Source: a virus (taxonomy: Duplodnaviria; Caudoviricetes). From it: a stretch of DNA of 60,239 nt. Of the stretch, positions 59,098-60,239 are shown piece after piece. Under the pieces are notes generated by a model. That model worked only from the letters and a program-made list of their open reading frames with translations. It did not search any database and was not told the origin of the DNA. The stretch's first letter is position 1, and each line of letters opens with the position of its first letter. The position numbers and the translations under genes are program-made. The stretch lies in IMG/VR virus record IMGVR_UViG_3300045738_002385, positions 1-60,239 of that record. One strand, given 5' to 3'.

Positions 59098-59144
59098 GTT
59101 CCCGTGTGGGTTTTGGGTGTAAAGGCTAATGAAGGTAAAAGGTT

Positions 59145-59384
59145 ATGGAAGAGGAAAAGGATAGAGGTAGAACCTCTGGCAATGTTTTTTTTGAATTTCA
59201 AATTCGAAGGAAAGTGACTAATCTTTATAAGAACTTTCTTTTCATTCTCGAAGACCTTCATTCTAGCGGAGAAATATCCGAAGAGATATATAAACGCAGC
59301 AGAAAAAGAATACTAGATTACGGAAACGACACCATCAGAGAACTAGAAGAAGACATTTCTAGTTTTGATATAAACCTAAAATAA
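59145..59384 (+). CDS. Hypothetical protein
   Basis: 79 aa; GTGTAA at 59117. Confidence 0.7.
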   Translation: MEEEKDRGRTSGNVFFEFQIRRKVTNLYKNFLFILEDLHSSGEISEEIYKRSRKRILDYGNDTIRELEEDISSFDINLK

Positions 59385-59387
59385 GAT

Positions 59388-60239
59388 ATGAAGAAACTAT
59401 TTGAATTTACTATACCAAGAAGAATAACCGAAATGGAAGAGATGGTTTCCAAGGGAGAAAATGGAGAAGAGATCACCACGAAGAAAGAAGTAGAGAAAGT
59501 AATAAACAGAACCGTCCTTATTAAAAAGCCAACGAGAAGACTCTTCGATGAAGGTGATTTATTTTTTGGCATTAAGCTCTCTGAAGGAATCAGGGCTGGC
59601 CTTTTGACTAGGCAGATGCTGTCTAAAAGATTTTCCAACGATGGGGGAATATTGGCCGATACAGATAAGGAAAGGTATGCTGATCTATATCTAAAAATGT
59701 TTGAGGTACAAAATAGAATAGAAAGAGTATCCTTAATCCCCGAGCCAGACAGAACAGAAAAAGAGAAATTAGATTTTACCTCTGCGATAAGAGAAGCTGC
59801 TCTCGTAAGAGAAGAAATCCAAAGCTTTGAGTTAGACCAAGCCGCATTATTTGACAATACCGCAGAGAACAGGGCAAGAAACAAAACCATATTGTGGTGG
59901 GTCCTTCACTTGTCTCATTTCGTAGAGAAGGACGGAAGCCATACCGAGATCTATGGAGAAGGCAGCTACGATCAAAGAGTAGAGAAATATGACGAACTTG
60001 AAGAAGAGGATGAAGATTTCTGGTTGGTCTTGTCAAAGAAGCTTATTTATTATGTTAGTTTTTGGTATGTGGGTAGAGCCACGACAGAAGAGGATTTCAA
60101 GAGGCTCCTTATGGAGTTTGAGAGAGACGACAAAACTCTAGATGAAGTAGCCGAAGAATTCGGGGAAAAAGAAAACGAGCCCGAAAAAGTCGAGGAGCCC
60201 GAGAAAGTCGAGGAGCCCGAGAAAGTCGAGGAGCCCGAA
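59388..60239 (+). CDS. Putative tail assembly chaperone (truncated at the window end)
   Basis: Open frame from the ATG at 59388 (MKKLFEFTIPRR...KKPTRR...AGLLTRQML) to the end of the window; absent from the ORF track because it has no stop. Confidence 0.65.
   Translation, partial: MKKLFEFTIPRRITEMEEMVSKGENGEEITTKKEVEKVINRTVLIKKPTRRLFDEGDLFFGIKLSEGIRAGLLTRQMLSKRFSNDGGILADTDKERYADLYLKMFEVQNRIERVSLIPEPDRTEKEKLDFTSAIREAALVREEIQSFELDQAALFDNTAENRARNKTILWWVLHLSHFVEKDGSHTEIYGEGSYDQRVEKYDELEEEDEDFWLVLSKKLIYYVSFWYVGRATTEEDFKRLLMEFERDDKTLDEVAEEFGEKENEPEKVEEPEKVEEPEKVEEPE
60177..60239 (+). repeat. 18-bp coding tandem repeat (EPEKVE)
   Basis: GAGCCCGA(A/G)AAAGTCGAG, 3.5 copies running off the end. Confidence 0.9.

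Noticed and set aside
2043-60239. Stop-codon reassignment as seen in some large phages
   Set aside because: Genes tile densely under the standard code with intact long ORFs, and TAG and TGA both serve as stops.

Overview
This window is part of a large tailed dsDNA bacteriophage genome (Caudoviricetes), almost entirely coded on the + strand. No tail sheath gene is visible, so the tail is probably long and non-contractile. It opens with a (TG)n run (1-126, probably a contig-end artefact) and a short early region of small ORFs driven by consensus sigma70 promoters with DnaA-box-like and sigma54-like sites (1-1.8 kb). Next come a GT8-like glycosyltransferase, PhoH, a phage sigma factor, an ERCC4 nuclease, the large terminase and the portal (2-12.7 kb). 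These are followed by a tail-tube paralog with inserted lectin-like domains, a tubulin/FtsZ-family GTPase, holin/spanin-like genes, a ClpP-like protease and a 3362-aa mucin-like Pro/Thr/Ser-repeat LamG protein (12.7-32.3 kb). The rest holds the prohead protease-scaffold, decoration and major capsid genes, several unknown genes, fibre proteins, neck genes, the tail tube and a truncated tail chaperone. A GTGTAA element precedes about 16 late transcription units and is the likely target of the phage sigma factor. The most unusual element is an ORF-less group I ribozyme core at 43.56-43.79 kb. It interrupts no CDS or tRNA and has its own GTGTAA promoter and terminator. Its guide region pairs better with downstream than with upstream sequence, so it is a candidate natural back-splicing (circularising) or trans-acting ribozyme gene. 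All protein calls rest on motifs and gene order read by eye; no database searches were run.
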